A stretch of 62,970 bases of DNA, counting the filler, from Nemertoderma westbladi (lineage: Eukaryota > Animalia > Xenacoelomorpha), in the NCBI GenBank assembly GCA_032718475.1. It is 3 parts of 3 records of this genome, joined end to end, with 100 filler letters (N's around TTAATTAATTAA, not from the genome) between each part and the next. Parts side by side here need not be neighbours in the genome. Positions count along the whole stretch, not along the records: positions 19,949 to 50,008 come from JAUCBJ010004898.1; 2 more parts are not named here. The stretch is one strand, 5' to 3'. Positions 24,790 through 36,355 of the stretch are shown here, in pieces (the stretch's first letter is position 1; every line of letters starts with the position of its first letter). Position numbers and translations under genes: made by a program. Below the pieces are notes generated by a model. It was given only the letters and a program-made list of their open reading frames with translations, was not told the origin of the DNA and searched no databases.

Positions 24790-25225
24790 GGTACTACGTA
24801 CCCTCTAACTCTTACTCTCTCTCTCTCTAACTAGCGGTACTACGTACCCTCTAACTCTTACTCTAATACCTCTATCTAGCGGTACTACGTACCCTCTTAC
24901 TACTCTGACTCTACTAACCACCGGTACTACGTACCTTACTACTTCTCTAACTCCACTAACTCCACTAACTCTCTCTACTAACTAATGGTACTACGTACCC
25001 TCTTACTAACCTCTAACCCCACTAACTCTCTCTACTAACTAACGGTACTACGTACCCTCTTACTAACCTCTAACTCCACTAACTCTCTCTACTAACTAAC
25101 GGTACTACGTACCTCCTAACTAACTAACTGACTCTAACTTTTGGTATTACATACCTTCTAACTAACTAACTATTTCCAGTACTACGTACCTCCTAACTAA
25201 CTAACTATTTTCGGTACTACGTACC
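24790..25225. repeat. Array of 10 GGTAC-TAC-GTACC hairpins with CTAA/CT-rich spacers
   Basis: Copies at 24790, 24836, 24881, 24923, 24987, 25044, 25101, 25143, 25178, 25213. Confidence 0.9.
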
Positions 25226-25361
25226 TCCTAACTAACTAACTAATTCTAACTCTAATTATTTTTCTTTTATTTTTATTTTATGTGTGGGAAGGGCGTCTCG
25301 CCCTCAATCCCACCCCCCTCAGTCCAAAACTTGGACGACTAAACTTCTCTCTAACTCCATT

Positions 25362-26285
25362 CTAAGGTGCCCCTTCTAGTAGACAGCACTTCCCTACAGC
25401 CCTCCTGTAGGTTTTTCTGTCTTTCGCACCTATCTTGCCACCTATCCGCACTTCTACCGATCGGACTCTTCCGTCCTCATCGGAGTAAGTGCCCACAACC
25501 CTCGCCAACCGCCACTGGTTGTTGATGATTGTATCATCCGTGACGATCACAAGATCTCCCTCTCTTAACTCCCTGTTCCTCTTCCTCCACTTGCTTCTTT
25601 TGTGAAGCGTGGGTAGGTATTCCTCAACCCACCTCCTCCAATACTCTGCGCTTATCGCCTTAGCGACTTTCCAACTCTGGCGGGAGTTTATGTCATCTGG
25701 GTCTACACCCCGCATATCGATGGTCGCTGGCCTTTCCATTAGAAAATGGCTGGGCGTCAGCACATCTAGTGACTCAGGGTCATCATTCTCCGGATATAGC
25801 GGTCTGCTATTAATGATACCCTCACATTTCGCAAGTACTGTTCTCAGGACGTCCTCCGTAACCATATGGGTGTTCATCAACTTCGTCATAAGACGCTTCG
25901 AACTTCCCACGAGTCTCTCGACGCATCCTAGTGTATGCGGTGCATACGGCGTCCTCCTCTCCCACTTTACTTGTCATCGCCTCATGGCTGCCCTGACTTC
26001 CTCCCCTTCCAGGATGTCCAAGGCCTCTGCCATCTCGTTCTCCGCTCCCACAAAGTTGGTTCCATTGTCTGAGTATATTACTGCGATCATCCCACCTTTG
26101 CGGTCTCTAAACCTCTCTAAGGCATTGATGAATGCCGATACGGTTGCATCTTGGGCGAGTTCTATCCCTACCGCCTGCGTGTTATTGCATACGAAGATGA
26201 TACCGTAGCGTTTCTCCGTGTGCCGCATCACCTTGATCTTTATCGGCCCGAACATGTCCACACCGCAATGCGTAAATGGCGGGTC
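25362..26285 (-). pseudogene. BEL/Pao integrase and C-terminal domain, frameshifted and 5'-deleted
   Basis: PFTHCGVDMFGP, YSDNGTNFVGA, EGIINSRPL, LTPSHFL, YWRRWVEEYLPTL, WRLARV, DGRVRSVEV. Confidence 0.92.
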
Positions 26286-26287
26286 GT

Positions 26288-27551
26288 GCTGTACGAACTG
26301 TACTTGCTATAGCAAACGAGCTAAACCTCGAGGTGCACCAAATGGATGTCCAAACTGCATTCTTAAACGGAAGATTAGAAGAAAACATATATATGAAACA
26401 ACCAGAGGGTTTTATTAAAACTGGCAATGAACATTTAGTTTGTAAACTTGAGAAAAGTATATATGGACTAAAACAAGCCGCACGGTGTTGGTTTGATACA
26501 ATGGATGATTACTTGAAGACAATCGGATATATTCCATCTCATGGAGACCCTTGTGTTTACACTAAATATATTGGGAGTAATTTTATCATATTAACATTAT
26601 ATGTCGACGACTTAATAATGGCATCTAATAACCTAGAAATATTAGATAAGGATAAAATAGTACTAAAGACAAAGTTTATAATGAAGGATTTGGGAGACAT
26701 GGAATACTGCTTGGGGATAAAGATAACAAGAGACAGAAGTAACAGAACAATGAAACTTACTCAGCAAACCTACCTAGAATCTCTACTGATGAGATTTGGC
26801 ATGGAAAACTCAAATCCGGTGTCGACCCCTCTGGAAACAGGTTGTGCACTTGCACCTAATGATTACGATGCTGTCAAACCAAGTGTATACCAAGCAATCG
26901 TAGGATGTCTCACGTATGTTGTTTATGCTACACGACCAGACCTAGCAAGCGCCCTTAGTCAGGTAAATCAGTTCTGTTCCAATCCTGGGGAGGAGCATTG
27001 GAAAGCTATCAAGCGTATCAAGGGACAATGACATCAAAGGGACAATGGAAATTGGGTTAACTTTCAAGGGGAGCTCGAATTCCAATGAAATCGTACTGAC
27101 CGGGTATTCTGATTCGGACTGGGGAGGTAACTTCGACAGGAAGTCTCAATCTGGATACTTATTTTTCTTAAATACATCTTTAATTTCTTGGTCCAGCAAG
27201 AGACAAACAATAGTCGCTCAGAGTACCACCGAAGCAGAGTACGTCGCAGCGAGTTATGCGAGCCAAGAACTTGTTTGGTTAAGGACTTTATTATCTTGTA
27301 TCGGGCACAAGCAAATAAAACCCACAATTCTGTATGAAGATAACAATGGTTGCATTCAACTATCGAAAAACCATCGATTCCATGGGCGTACAAAGCACAT
27401 CGAACTCAAATACCATTTTGTCCGTGATATGATCGCCAAGAACCATTTAAAGTTGGAGTATTGTAGTTCTAAAAGAATGCTAGCCGATATAATGACCAAA
27501 CAGTTACCGAAAGCAACATTTGAAAACCTAAGAAAAAGTTTCATGGACTAA
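26288..27551 (+). pseudogene. Ty1/Copia RT + RNase H, 5'-deleted, one frameshift near 27030
   Basis: HQMDVQTAFLNG, SIYGLKQAARCW, LYVDDL, TRPDL, GYSDSDWGG, STTEAEY, EDNNGCI, RTKHI, LADIMTK. Confidence 0.95.
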
Positions 27552-27565
27552 TTAGCGAGGGGGAG

Positions 27566-27783
27566 TGTTGGAAACTAAGATCAGTTCGCTAATTATTATT
27601 ATTTAACTTTTATATGACCTAAGTTACCTTTTCTTGGTGAAGGTGTATTCTATTAGTATTATAATCGTTTATGACTTACTGTTGTGCTCTTACCGGTACA
27701 TGTTCTGATAGTTTGAAGATTATGGTTTTACAAACAGCGTTTACTTTTCAATAAATATTAATTTTATTGATAACCTATTATCA
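27566..27783 (+). mobile_element. Copia 3' LTR (right end uncertain)
   Basis: PPT GAGGGGGAG at 27557-27565, then TGTTGG; AATAAA near 27750; candidate ...TATCA end at 27783. Confidence 0.6.
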
Positions 27784-29651
27784 TGCCACGTCAAAGGACA
27801 TCATGGGTGTCTAAAAGACGAAAATTTAGAATAGATACTACCAAAAGTTCGAAAAACATGTAGAAAATGTTTTAGATACCGGTATGTTTCTGCCTCTCAA
27901 CGTAAGCTATCAACTCCAATTACCAGCAGATGTTCAAGTCCTGCTCCTTCCCAAAATTCACCTGAAACCGGAAATCAAATAATTGACATAGCTTTACTAA
28001 ATGAAGCAATCAAAGATGTTCTGTGCTGCAAACTGTGCTATAGCGGGGATATTTATATTGGTAAGGTTTACCAAAGAGGACTGGCTGCTAAACTCAGTAT
28101 TGTTTGTAAAGCCTGTTCAGGTTTAGACTCTACTAGGCCAAGTCGATCATCTAATCTCACCGAGTTCTACACTTCTCAAACAATAATTACGACTGACTCG
28201 AGGCATACCAGTTTCGAATCTAATATCAGACTGGTCTATGGTCTAGGTGTATTGGTATTGGTAATAGTGGGGCCTCAAATTTATTGGCCATTATGAAACT
28301 TCCTCCACCACCGGCACATTTTAGCCATATCTATCGAATTATTGTTCCTGCTGTAAAAGCTGTTGCCATGGAAAAAATGGATTCAGCTGCCAAGGAGGTA
28401 ACTGAGCTCAACAACTTACATGAAGATGAAGACCAGCTGGAGGATAATGATGATGAGGATGACACTGACAGTTGTGGTTTGAATAGTGAGCGAGAGTTGG
28501 AACCAAGCAATGTAGAAAAACTAACAGATTGTGCTGTCACTTTAGATGGCACCTGGCAAAAACGAGGTCACACATCCATGAATGGAGTTGTTTCTGTTGT
28601 TTCTTTCGATACAGGTAAAATCCTGGATGTTGCTTGTCTTACCAAATTTTGTTTCAGATGTCAGAATCTCAAGAATAAATCCCCACAGATAAAAGCAGCC
28701 CACAAGGAGTTTTGTGTTCGGAACCACTCAGGTAGTAGCGGTCAGATGGAAGTAGTTGGGGCGAAGATTATTTTTCATAGAAGTATTACAAAGCATAAAC
28801 TCCGTTATACAAAATATCTAGGAGATGGTGACAGTTCATCCTTTGTAAATGTTGCAGAGAGTTTACCCTATGGCGAAGAAATAAAAATCGAAAAACTCGA
28901 ATGCATCAATCATGTCCAAAAAAGGTTTGGTTCTCGATTACGAAATTTATGGAGAATTTATAAGAAACAGAAATTATCCGATGGCAAGACCATGGGGGGC
29001 AAGGGCGACTGACCATCAATCTTATAAACCAGCTCCAGTCGTACTATGGCAATGCCATCAGGAAGAATCCTGGAGATGTGAAAGCAATGCGGAAAGCAAT
29101 TTGGGCTACCTTCTTCCATTACAGTTCAACGGATGAATTTCCAGAACACCATTGTTGCCCTAAAGATCCTACAACATGGTGTAAGTACAACAAGTACAAG
29201 GCGTGTGGATCTGGCGAATATAAACACCGTAAAACTATCCCTAGGCCTATTATGGATTTGATGAAACCAATTTACAATAGTTTATCCCATCCAACATTGC
29301 TATCAAAATGTGTTCATGGTAAAACTCAAAATATCAATGAAAGTTTTAACAGCTCTATTTGGGTTAGAATCCCTAAAAGAGTATTTGTTGGTCTTGATAC
29401 CCTAGAACTTGGTGTTTATGATGCTGTTGCAACATATAATGAGGGTGCGGTAATCAGACTTCGAGTTTTTGAGAAACTTGGTCTACATCACGGAAATCAG
29501 ACAGGGGCTAACGAAAATCGACCAAGAACGTGTAAAAGATGCTGAAAGGTTACTCAAAATGGAAAACTCGGAAAGGGAAGCTCGCCGTGAACTGAAGCGA
29601 TCATCTCGAGCAATCGAACAAGATGAGGACTATGGTGCTGGAGAACACTAG
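27783..29651 (+). pseudogene. Kolobok-type transposase in several frameshifted pieces
   Basis: MPRQRTSW start, CxxC...CxxC, LDGTWQKRGH, GSSGQME, YLGDGDSS, ECINHVQKR, HGKTQNINESFNS. Confidence 0.88.
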
Positions 29652-31264
29652 CTTTCTAAATGTATTCTGGTAGGCAAGTAAACATAACGGATAATTTTGA
29701 TCGCCTTCAGAAACATATATTTGAAATATAAAGAATTAAATAAACGGAATTACTCGGAAAAAAAAATTAAAACTTTTTGAATTTTTTTTTCAATTTTTTT
29801 TCAATTTTTTCCATTTTTTTTCTTCAATTTTTTTTCCATTTTCTTCAAAATTTTTCTTTCCAAAGTTAATAACTACTTGACGGTAAGAATTTTTTTAAAA
29901 GTCTTGAAATTTTTTTTCATTTTTTTTTGAAAACTTTAAAAAAAAATTTATTTTATTTTTTTTTTTAATTTTTTTTTTCAACTTTTTCAATCCAAAATTA
30001 CTGACTACCTGATTTTTTCATAGTTTCCATGAAATTTGAATAATTAATTTTGATCATCTGATCAACAAAGAGGTTATTTTGAAAATTACCACTATCAGAA
30101 TGGTAGTTTGCCTGCAATTATAAGCAAATACCGCCATATTTTTATTGTTTAGAACTTTGAATGCGTTTTTCTCAAAACGAAATTTTTTGACACAAAGGTA
30201 CAGTTTTCTCGAAAAGTACTGAATGAAATTTCACAAAATTTGGTACACATGTCAAGTCGACGACGCTGAACATGTGGAACAAGAATCTGCTCCTATAATT
30301 TATTTGCAAGGAAGTTATTAGTAATTAAAATGAATGAAAATATTATTAAACTATTTATAATACTAAAATTATTAACTAATTGTTAACGAATTTTAATTTT
30401 TTTAGTTCCACAAGTGCAGCATAAGATTTTAAGTAATTAAAAAATAATTATAACTATTCAGATAAGTTCACTCTAGATAAGTGTACCTTTGTATCATTAG
30501 TAATTCAAAGGGAATTCCACCACGTACTGGTTCCCTTAACCCATCAGTAAGGCAGCCAGCCAGCCAGATCTGCACTACTATTCTCATTAGGTAGTAGCTG
30601 TCAATGTGTGACTAATCGATCGGTTTAACTGATCGATTTGCCAGCTCTCTCTTAGTGAGGCACTAACTAACACAATATTGGGGACTCACCTATATGGTTC
30701 ATCCCTGTATAATCTATGCACAATGGATATAAGCCATATATTTTATTTATGCACAACACGCTTACCGTATGACAATTTGATAGATTGCGCAACACGTGAT
30801 CCTTCCTTTATTTGGCTGCCAGGCCATATTGCTACCTTGACTTTGCTAGGTAGCAGTCCCCTTTAGGGGAGGGTGATAATAAATTGCTGCCGTTGTTATA
30901 CGGCTGATGGGTAATATGGTGTTATATTGGTTTCTGGGTTAGCGAATTGCATATAGGGATATTCACGTAACAACAGCGTTTATGCAGTAACAATCTTTAA
31001 TTTGTTATTGCAATAACATCCTTTTTGGCCTTGCAACTCGCGGTCAGAATTGTGTAGAGAATGTCACAATCGGCCACTATAGCTACTTTTTTTTTTACCT
31101 GCAGGGGCACTAATTAAATTCATGTTTAAAATAAATACAAATAAGGTGGAGCACAACGATATATGATATAACTCTTATCATTCAAATTACATTCACCTCA
31201 TTCAATTATATTAATTATATCATGAATTTTATACCTTTAATTTTTTAGACCCTTATACGTACTG

Positions 31265-31680
31265 TAGTGGAAATAGATATTATAATAAATTAACGAAAAC
31301 CCACCCATTCTAAATAGTGTACTGTTCCTTGCGCACATCTGGGGACATTAGTTTTTAGTGCAGAGAGTATTATATTAGGCCCTACGTTCTACTTATGTAG
31401 GTAGTTGCAATAGACGTTAAGAATATATAATAAATTAACGAGAACACACTGTTCTAAATACTGTTTCTTGCGCACCTCTCTCTGGGGACATTAGTTTTTG
31501 TATTGTTTTTCTGTAGACCATACGGTATGTAGTTGCAATGGACAATGGACATTAAGGAAATTTTTTATATTGACGAAAACACACCATTCTAAATACTGTC
31601 CCTTGCGCACATCTGGGAACATTAGTTTTTTAAGTGCTGAGAGTATTGTATTAAATTAGGCCTTACGTATAGTTGCAATG
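31265..31680. repeat. Diverged ~140-bp tandem triplication
   Basis: TTCTAAATA..CTTGCGCACATCTGGGGACATTAGTTTTT recurs near 31310, 31455 and 31590. Confidence 0.75.
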
Positions 31681-32313
31681 AATGTTACTACTACTACTAC
31701 TACTAGGTCGAGCGAACTTGGACAGTGGAAATGAGATCCTTCCAGGCTTCCCGATTCTCCATAGTTGTCGCAATTTCGTTTCTCACAAGTTCAGTATCCC
31801 TTTCAAGTTGATCTATATATGTTATGGCCGGTCGTCCACGACTACGCTTTCCATGAGTTGGCTGCCAGAAAAGTAGATCTGGTATGACCTCGTCTTTACC
31901 TCGCCAGCAGTGCCCACTGAATCTTAATCTGCGTTCATGGAGGGTGGTTGATACATGTGGTATTGTACCATAAAGCTCGGCGTTTGTCATGTGTTGTCTC
32001 CAGCTGATGGTTAGGGCTGCCCTTAGTAGTCTTGTGTAGCAACCATCGATTCGGTGTTTGGATTTTATCGCCAGTGTCCAGGTCTCACCCCCGTATAAAT
32101 ATACACTTTCCACTGTGGCTCGAAAGAACTTAGTCTTCAGGTGCCTGGAGAGATCTGATTTCCAGATGGTATCCATTTTTGCTACCCAAGCCTTTGCTTT
32201 CCTAACTTCTATGTCCTTTTTGCTACTCTCTATCCATGATCCAAGGTACTGGAAGTCATCGACCTTCCTTAGTTGATTATTATCAATGGTTGTCAAGTTT
32301 CCATCAACATTAA

Positions 32314-33460
32314 CCCTATTAAACCCGGGGGGGGGTCAATATGACCCCCCCGTGGTTTTTTTATTATAATTCTGAAACAAACGCAGTTGAGAATCTGAAA
32401 TTTTATGACTTTTCCTAAAAATCTATTGTCTTCCTAGTAGTGAAAACCGTTTTGAAAAATATTGGGTAGTTTTCGAGTTATAGCACCATTTTTAACCCTA
32501 CTTTTGGCACTTTTTTTGAGACGTTTTTTGAAAATTACATTTCATTAAATATGAATTGTAACATCTCTATTTTTGATTTACACCGGTTTTTTGGTGTTAG
32601 AAATTGGATGGAATTCATATAAATTGATTTAGAAATTTCAAACTTGTTTTTTTCGGCGGGTGCCAATTTTTGGTGCCAGCACCAAATTTTGAAATATGTC
32701 AATTTTGTAAATTGATTGTGTGAAACTTGTTTTTTACGCAATTGGAGTTTTTTGGGGTTCTGGTTTCGATTAAATATATACGAGTTGCACCAAGCATATC
32801 AAACTTGTATTTTTCGGTGGTGGGTGCAAATTTTGGTGCTAGCACGAAATTTTGAAAATCCATTCAATTGATACAATTGTTTGTGACAATTTATTTCTTG
32901 CGTTTTAGATGTTTATGGCTATTCTGAATTGAATGGAATATATAATTTTCGAACTAGGCATCTCAAACTTGTATTTTTCGGAAGTGGGTGCAAAATGTGG
33001 TGCTAGCACCAAATTTTGAAAACCATCATATTTATAAATTGATTGTGTCACCTTGTTTCTTGCGTTATACGGGTTTGTGAGGGTTGTGAATTCAATGGAA
33101 TCAGTAAAAATTTCATAAGAGTTTTCAAACTTGTATTTTTCGCCGGTGGGTGAAAATTGTTGTGCCAGCACCAAATTTTGGAAAATAAGCAAATTGATCA
33201 GTAAATAGTATCATCTTGTTTATTGCGTTATACGGGTTTATGAGGGTCCTGAATCCGATGGAATCAATAAAATCAGCACTGGACATCGCAAACTTGTACT
33301 TTTTGGTGATGGGTACGAAATTTGGTCCTAGCACCAAAATTTGCCAAATTACGCCGAAAAATACAAGTAGCAATGATGGGGCATTTTAGAAATGTATTCC
33401 ATTAGAATCAGCGCCCTAGAAAACCTGAAAATGTGAATTTATAGCATCGTATAAGTGAAT
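32314..33460 (+). mobile_element. piggyBac-like non-autonomous element (left TIR only) with internal ~120-bp repeats
   Basis: TTAA|CCCTATTAAACCCGGGG inserted at a TTAA of the RTE; repeated CAAACTTGTATTTTTCGG...GCACCAAATTTTG units; near-identical copy at 57803-58236. Confidence 0.75.
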
Positions 33461-33840
33461 TACATGAATTGGTAGCATTTATATGCAATCCAACCTCCTT
33501 AACAGCCCTCTCCACTTTATTTAATAGAAGCTGTGCATCTGCTAGGGTATTAGAGAGCAGGGCGACGTCATCCGCAAAGTCGGTGTCTGTGACTATAGTT
33601 GCGGGATATCTACTACTTCTGCGTTCTTGAAGTGTGAATCTCAGATCTTCACCCTTTGTGGCCGTCCTCATTGCGTAATCCAGCACAATTACAAACAGTA
33701 ATGGTGCTTATGTGTCACCTTGCAGTACGCCAGCCAGGGTTTGAGAAAATCTCAGTTTCACCATCTGGTGAGAGTACCTGTGCTTATGTGTCACAATATA
33801 ACAATCCAATGCCAGCAACAATTACTTCTGGTATTCCATA

Positions 33841-34382
33841 CTACTACTAGGATCGGCATGCTGCATTGCAGCTGCATTTTTAAGAACGCTGTGCCGGCTT
33901 ATCGACAAAATTGCACCGCCACAACTCCCTATCACCCATGACATTTGCTAGATCACCCGCATCTTCAAGGCCAGTGTCCTTTACGATGCGTCTCAAGAAA
34001 GTCATGGGCTGTCCACCATGCTTATTCACTCCATGAGTCTGCCAAAGTACAAGATTATGCACTGGCTGGTCCTCACGACGAAAGCAATGTGCTGCAAAGC
34101 GGAAGCGATTTTGTTCTAGTGTCAAGCTTGGGGGAACCAATGAGACACCTCCAATGTTATATAGTGTCTGGTTGGAGATGTGTGCATTGTACTTGACACA
34201 ATGAACCCGGCGTAGCATTCTTGTGAATGTGCCATCCAGAGATTTGGTGTCCTCAGCAGTTAGAGCCCAGCATGGACTCCCATAGAGGAGTACTGGAACT
34301 ACTGCTGCTCTAAATAATCGGACCTTAAGTTTCTGATTAATACTCGGTGACTTCCAAATCCTGGAAATGGTACTCCATACAG
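33841..34382 (-). mobile_element. RTE family B 3' fragment inserted into RTE family A
   Basis: Close match to 16020-16560; (TAG)n tail; 5-bp TSD CCATA at 33836-33840 and 34383-34387. Confidence 0.88.
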
Positions 34383-35044
34383 CCATAAACTCTTAGTATT
34401 TCAAGCATTTTACCTCTATGGATGGAGTCGAATGCCTTCTTGAAGTCCACAAAATTCATGACTGCGGGGAGATTCTTTGACTTAATTCCTTCAATCAGTC
34501 TCTGTAGTGCAAGTATCTGAGCTATTGTTGAACTATTTGGTCGAAATCCGTTTTGGTTCTTACGCAGTAGTTTCTCTATGTGAGGCCTAATCCTATATAG
34601 AATCATTTTATTGTATATTTTGGCAGCTACCACAAGCAGATAGATCCCACGATATTTTGTTGGTTTAATGCTTCTAATGCTTTTAATGCTTCTTTAGAGT
34701 TCGGCCGGTGTGAAGTCCCCTGTTTCTATAGGTAGTGTCTTGTCATATATTTTCCTTGTAGGACTGACTTGCCAGGTAAGTCTTGATTGTTGCTGTATGT
34801 GAGCAGTTGTAATTGCTTCAGTTTTATCCTGTATGTACTTTTCCTGGCTGATGTTGTAGGCCAATTTAAGATCGTCCTTAGCATTCTCAACCTTGTTAGT
34901 GTTTTCGGTTGTTGGTTGTTCGATTTTAACTTTGTAGGCTATCTTAAGATCTTCTCTCTTACAAGTAACCTCAGAGTTTTGCCATGGCACATACTGTTTT
35001 CGTTTGGGTTTCTGGGGGATAATTCTACAATTTTGACTCATTAA

Positions 35045-35432
35045 GCAAAAGGGTCCCGAATGAGTTTTTTTAAACCTTTATATTTTTGTGATTTTGAGTG
35101 CTTTTTATATTATTAATGAATGTGCTAGAACCTTAGTAGATTTTTTATGGTATAATGCTAGTATTTTTTACCAGCTAGTAATTTTTGGAAATTATTTTGG
35201 TCATTAATATATTCTTCAACAGTTTAACCTGAAATATCATGGACTTTCACATTTTTTATAATTTCTAAAAATACTAGCTAGCAAAAAAAACACTACCGGT
35301 AGCTATCATAAAAAACATATCTACTAATGTTCTAGCACTTTCACCAATACCAAAAAAATTAAAAAAAACTCTAAAAAAGGATTGGTGAAAAATGGCTGGG
35401 GTGTCGACAGGGCGAAGTAGGGACCGTGTTGC
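35045..35432. mobile_element. ~390-bp MITE with TTAA TSD
   Basis: TTAA|GCAAAAGGGTCCC ... GGGACCGTGTTGC|TTAA, plus internal inverted symmetry. Confidence 0.6.
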
Positions 35433-35674
35433 TTAACCCCTTAGAGCCTATCACCTCCAGTGCATGTCACCATGGACAACACTAAGACGTGCAGTGGACG
35501 TCATGCTGCAATACATGTTTTATCGGAAGGGTCTTGGTCTAGGTATACTGGTGGACAGTATTAAAGACATTTAGTGCTCTTCATGGGAAAAAATCCATTC
35601 TGTACTGTAGATTGTAGACTGTATTATCAATGTTAGGTATATGGCGTAATGCCAACCACAGTACAGTAGTACAG

Positions 35675-36355
35675 ACTGACAGTAAGACCGACAGACAGAC
35701 AGACTAGATTTATGTAAACGTGTAAACTGACATCAGAAATGAAATCAGCAACCCTTAAAACCCCCATAGGATAGTGAAGGAGGGGAGTCCCCGGAGGTGA
35801 TCCTTACTTTCTTAAGTTTTGACAGACTGACTGACAGAAAGACCGACAGCCAGACAGACTAGATTTATTAAACGTGAAAACTGACATCTGAAATTAAATC
35901 AGCACCCATTAAAACCCCCATAGCGAGAATGTTAGTTAATTTGAATTATTTTTTATGTTTTGACAGACTGACTGACAGAAAGACCGACAGCCAGACAGAC
36001 TAGAATTATTAAACGTAAAAACTGACATCTGAAATGAAATCAGCACCCATTAAAACCCCCATAACGAGAATGTTAGTTAGTTTGTATTCTTTTTTAAGTT
36101 TTGACAGACTGACTGACTGACAGAAAGACCGACAAACAGACAGACTATATTTATGTAAACCTGAAAACTGACATCAGAAATGAAATCAGCACCCCTTAAA
36201 ACCCCCATAGCGAGAATGTTAGTTAATTTGAATTATTTTTTATGTTTTGACAGATTGACTAACAGAATGACCGACAGACAGACAGAGTAGATTTATGTAA
36301 ACGTGAAAACTGACATCAGAAATGTAATCAGCACCCCCATAGCGAGAATGTTAGC
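35675..36355 (+). repeat. ~121-bp tandem array, 5-6 units, (GACA/GACT)n core
   Basis: Read directly; same family as 3945-4230. Confidence 0.9.

Larger units (their letters stand above)
21926..30535 (+). mobile_element. Kolobok-type DNA transposon carrying nested LTR-retrotransposon remnants
   Basis: Perfect 17-bp TIR GGGAACCAGTACGTGGT (21926-21942 / 30519-30535); TTAA TSDs at 21922-21925 and 30536-30539; internal DGTWQKRG-type transposase. Confidence 0.88.
31686..35035 (-). mobile_element. RTE family A LINE split by two nested insertions
   Basis: Collinear pieces 34694-35041, 34337-34633 (NQNGFR, FVDFKKAFDS), 33408-33686 (DFADD), 31703-32296 (RFSGHCWR); (TAG)n tail at 31686-31705. Confidence 0.92.

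Noticed and set aside
24790-25225. Hairpin array as a CRISPR
   Set aside because: 13-bp repeat, spacers related to each other and low-complexity, located inside an LTR retrotransposon
26276-26290. ATG 26276 as a genuine Copia start or a natural BEL-Copia hybrid protein
   Set aside because: The ATG lies in antisense BEL sequence at a deletion junction; gag, protease and integrase of Copia are missing
28284-29651. Calling this transposase a true Mutator
   Set aside because: Short TIRs and TTAA TSDs fit Kolobok, not the 9-bp TSD and long TIRs of MULEs
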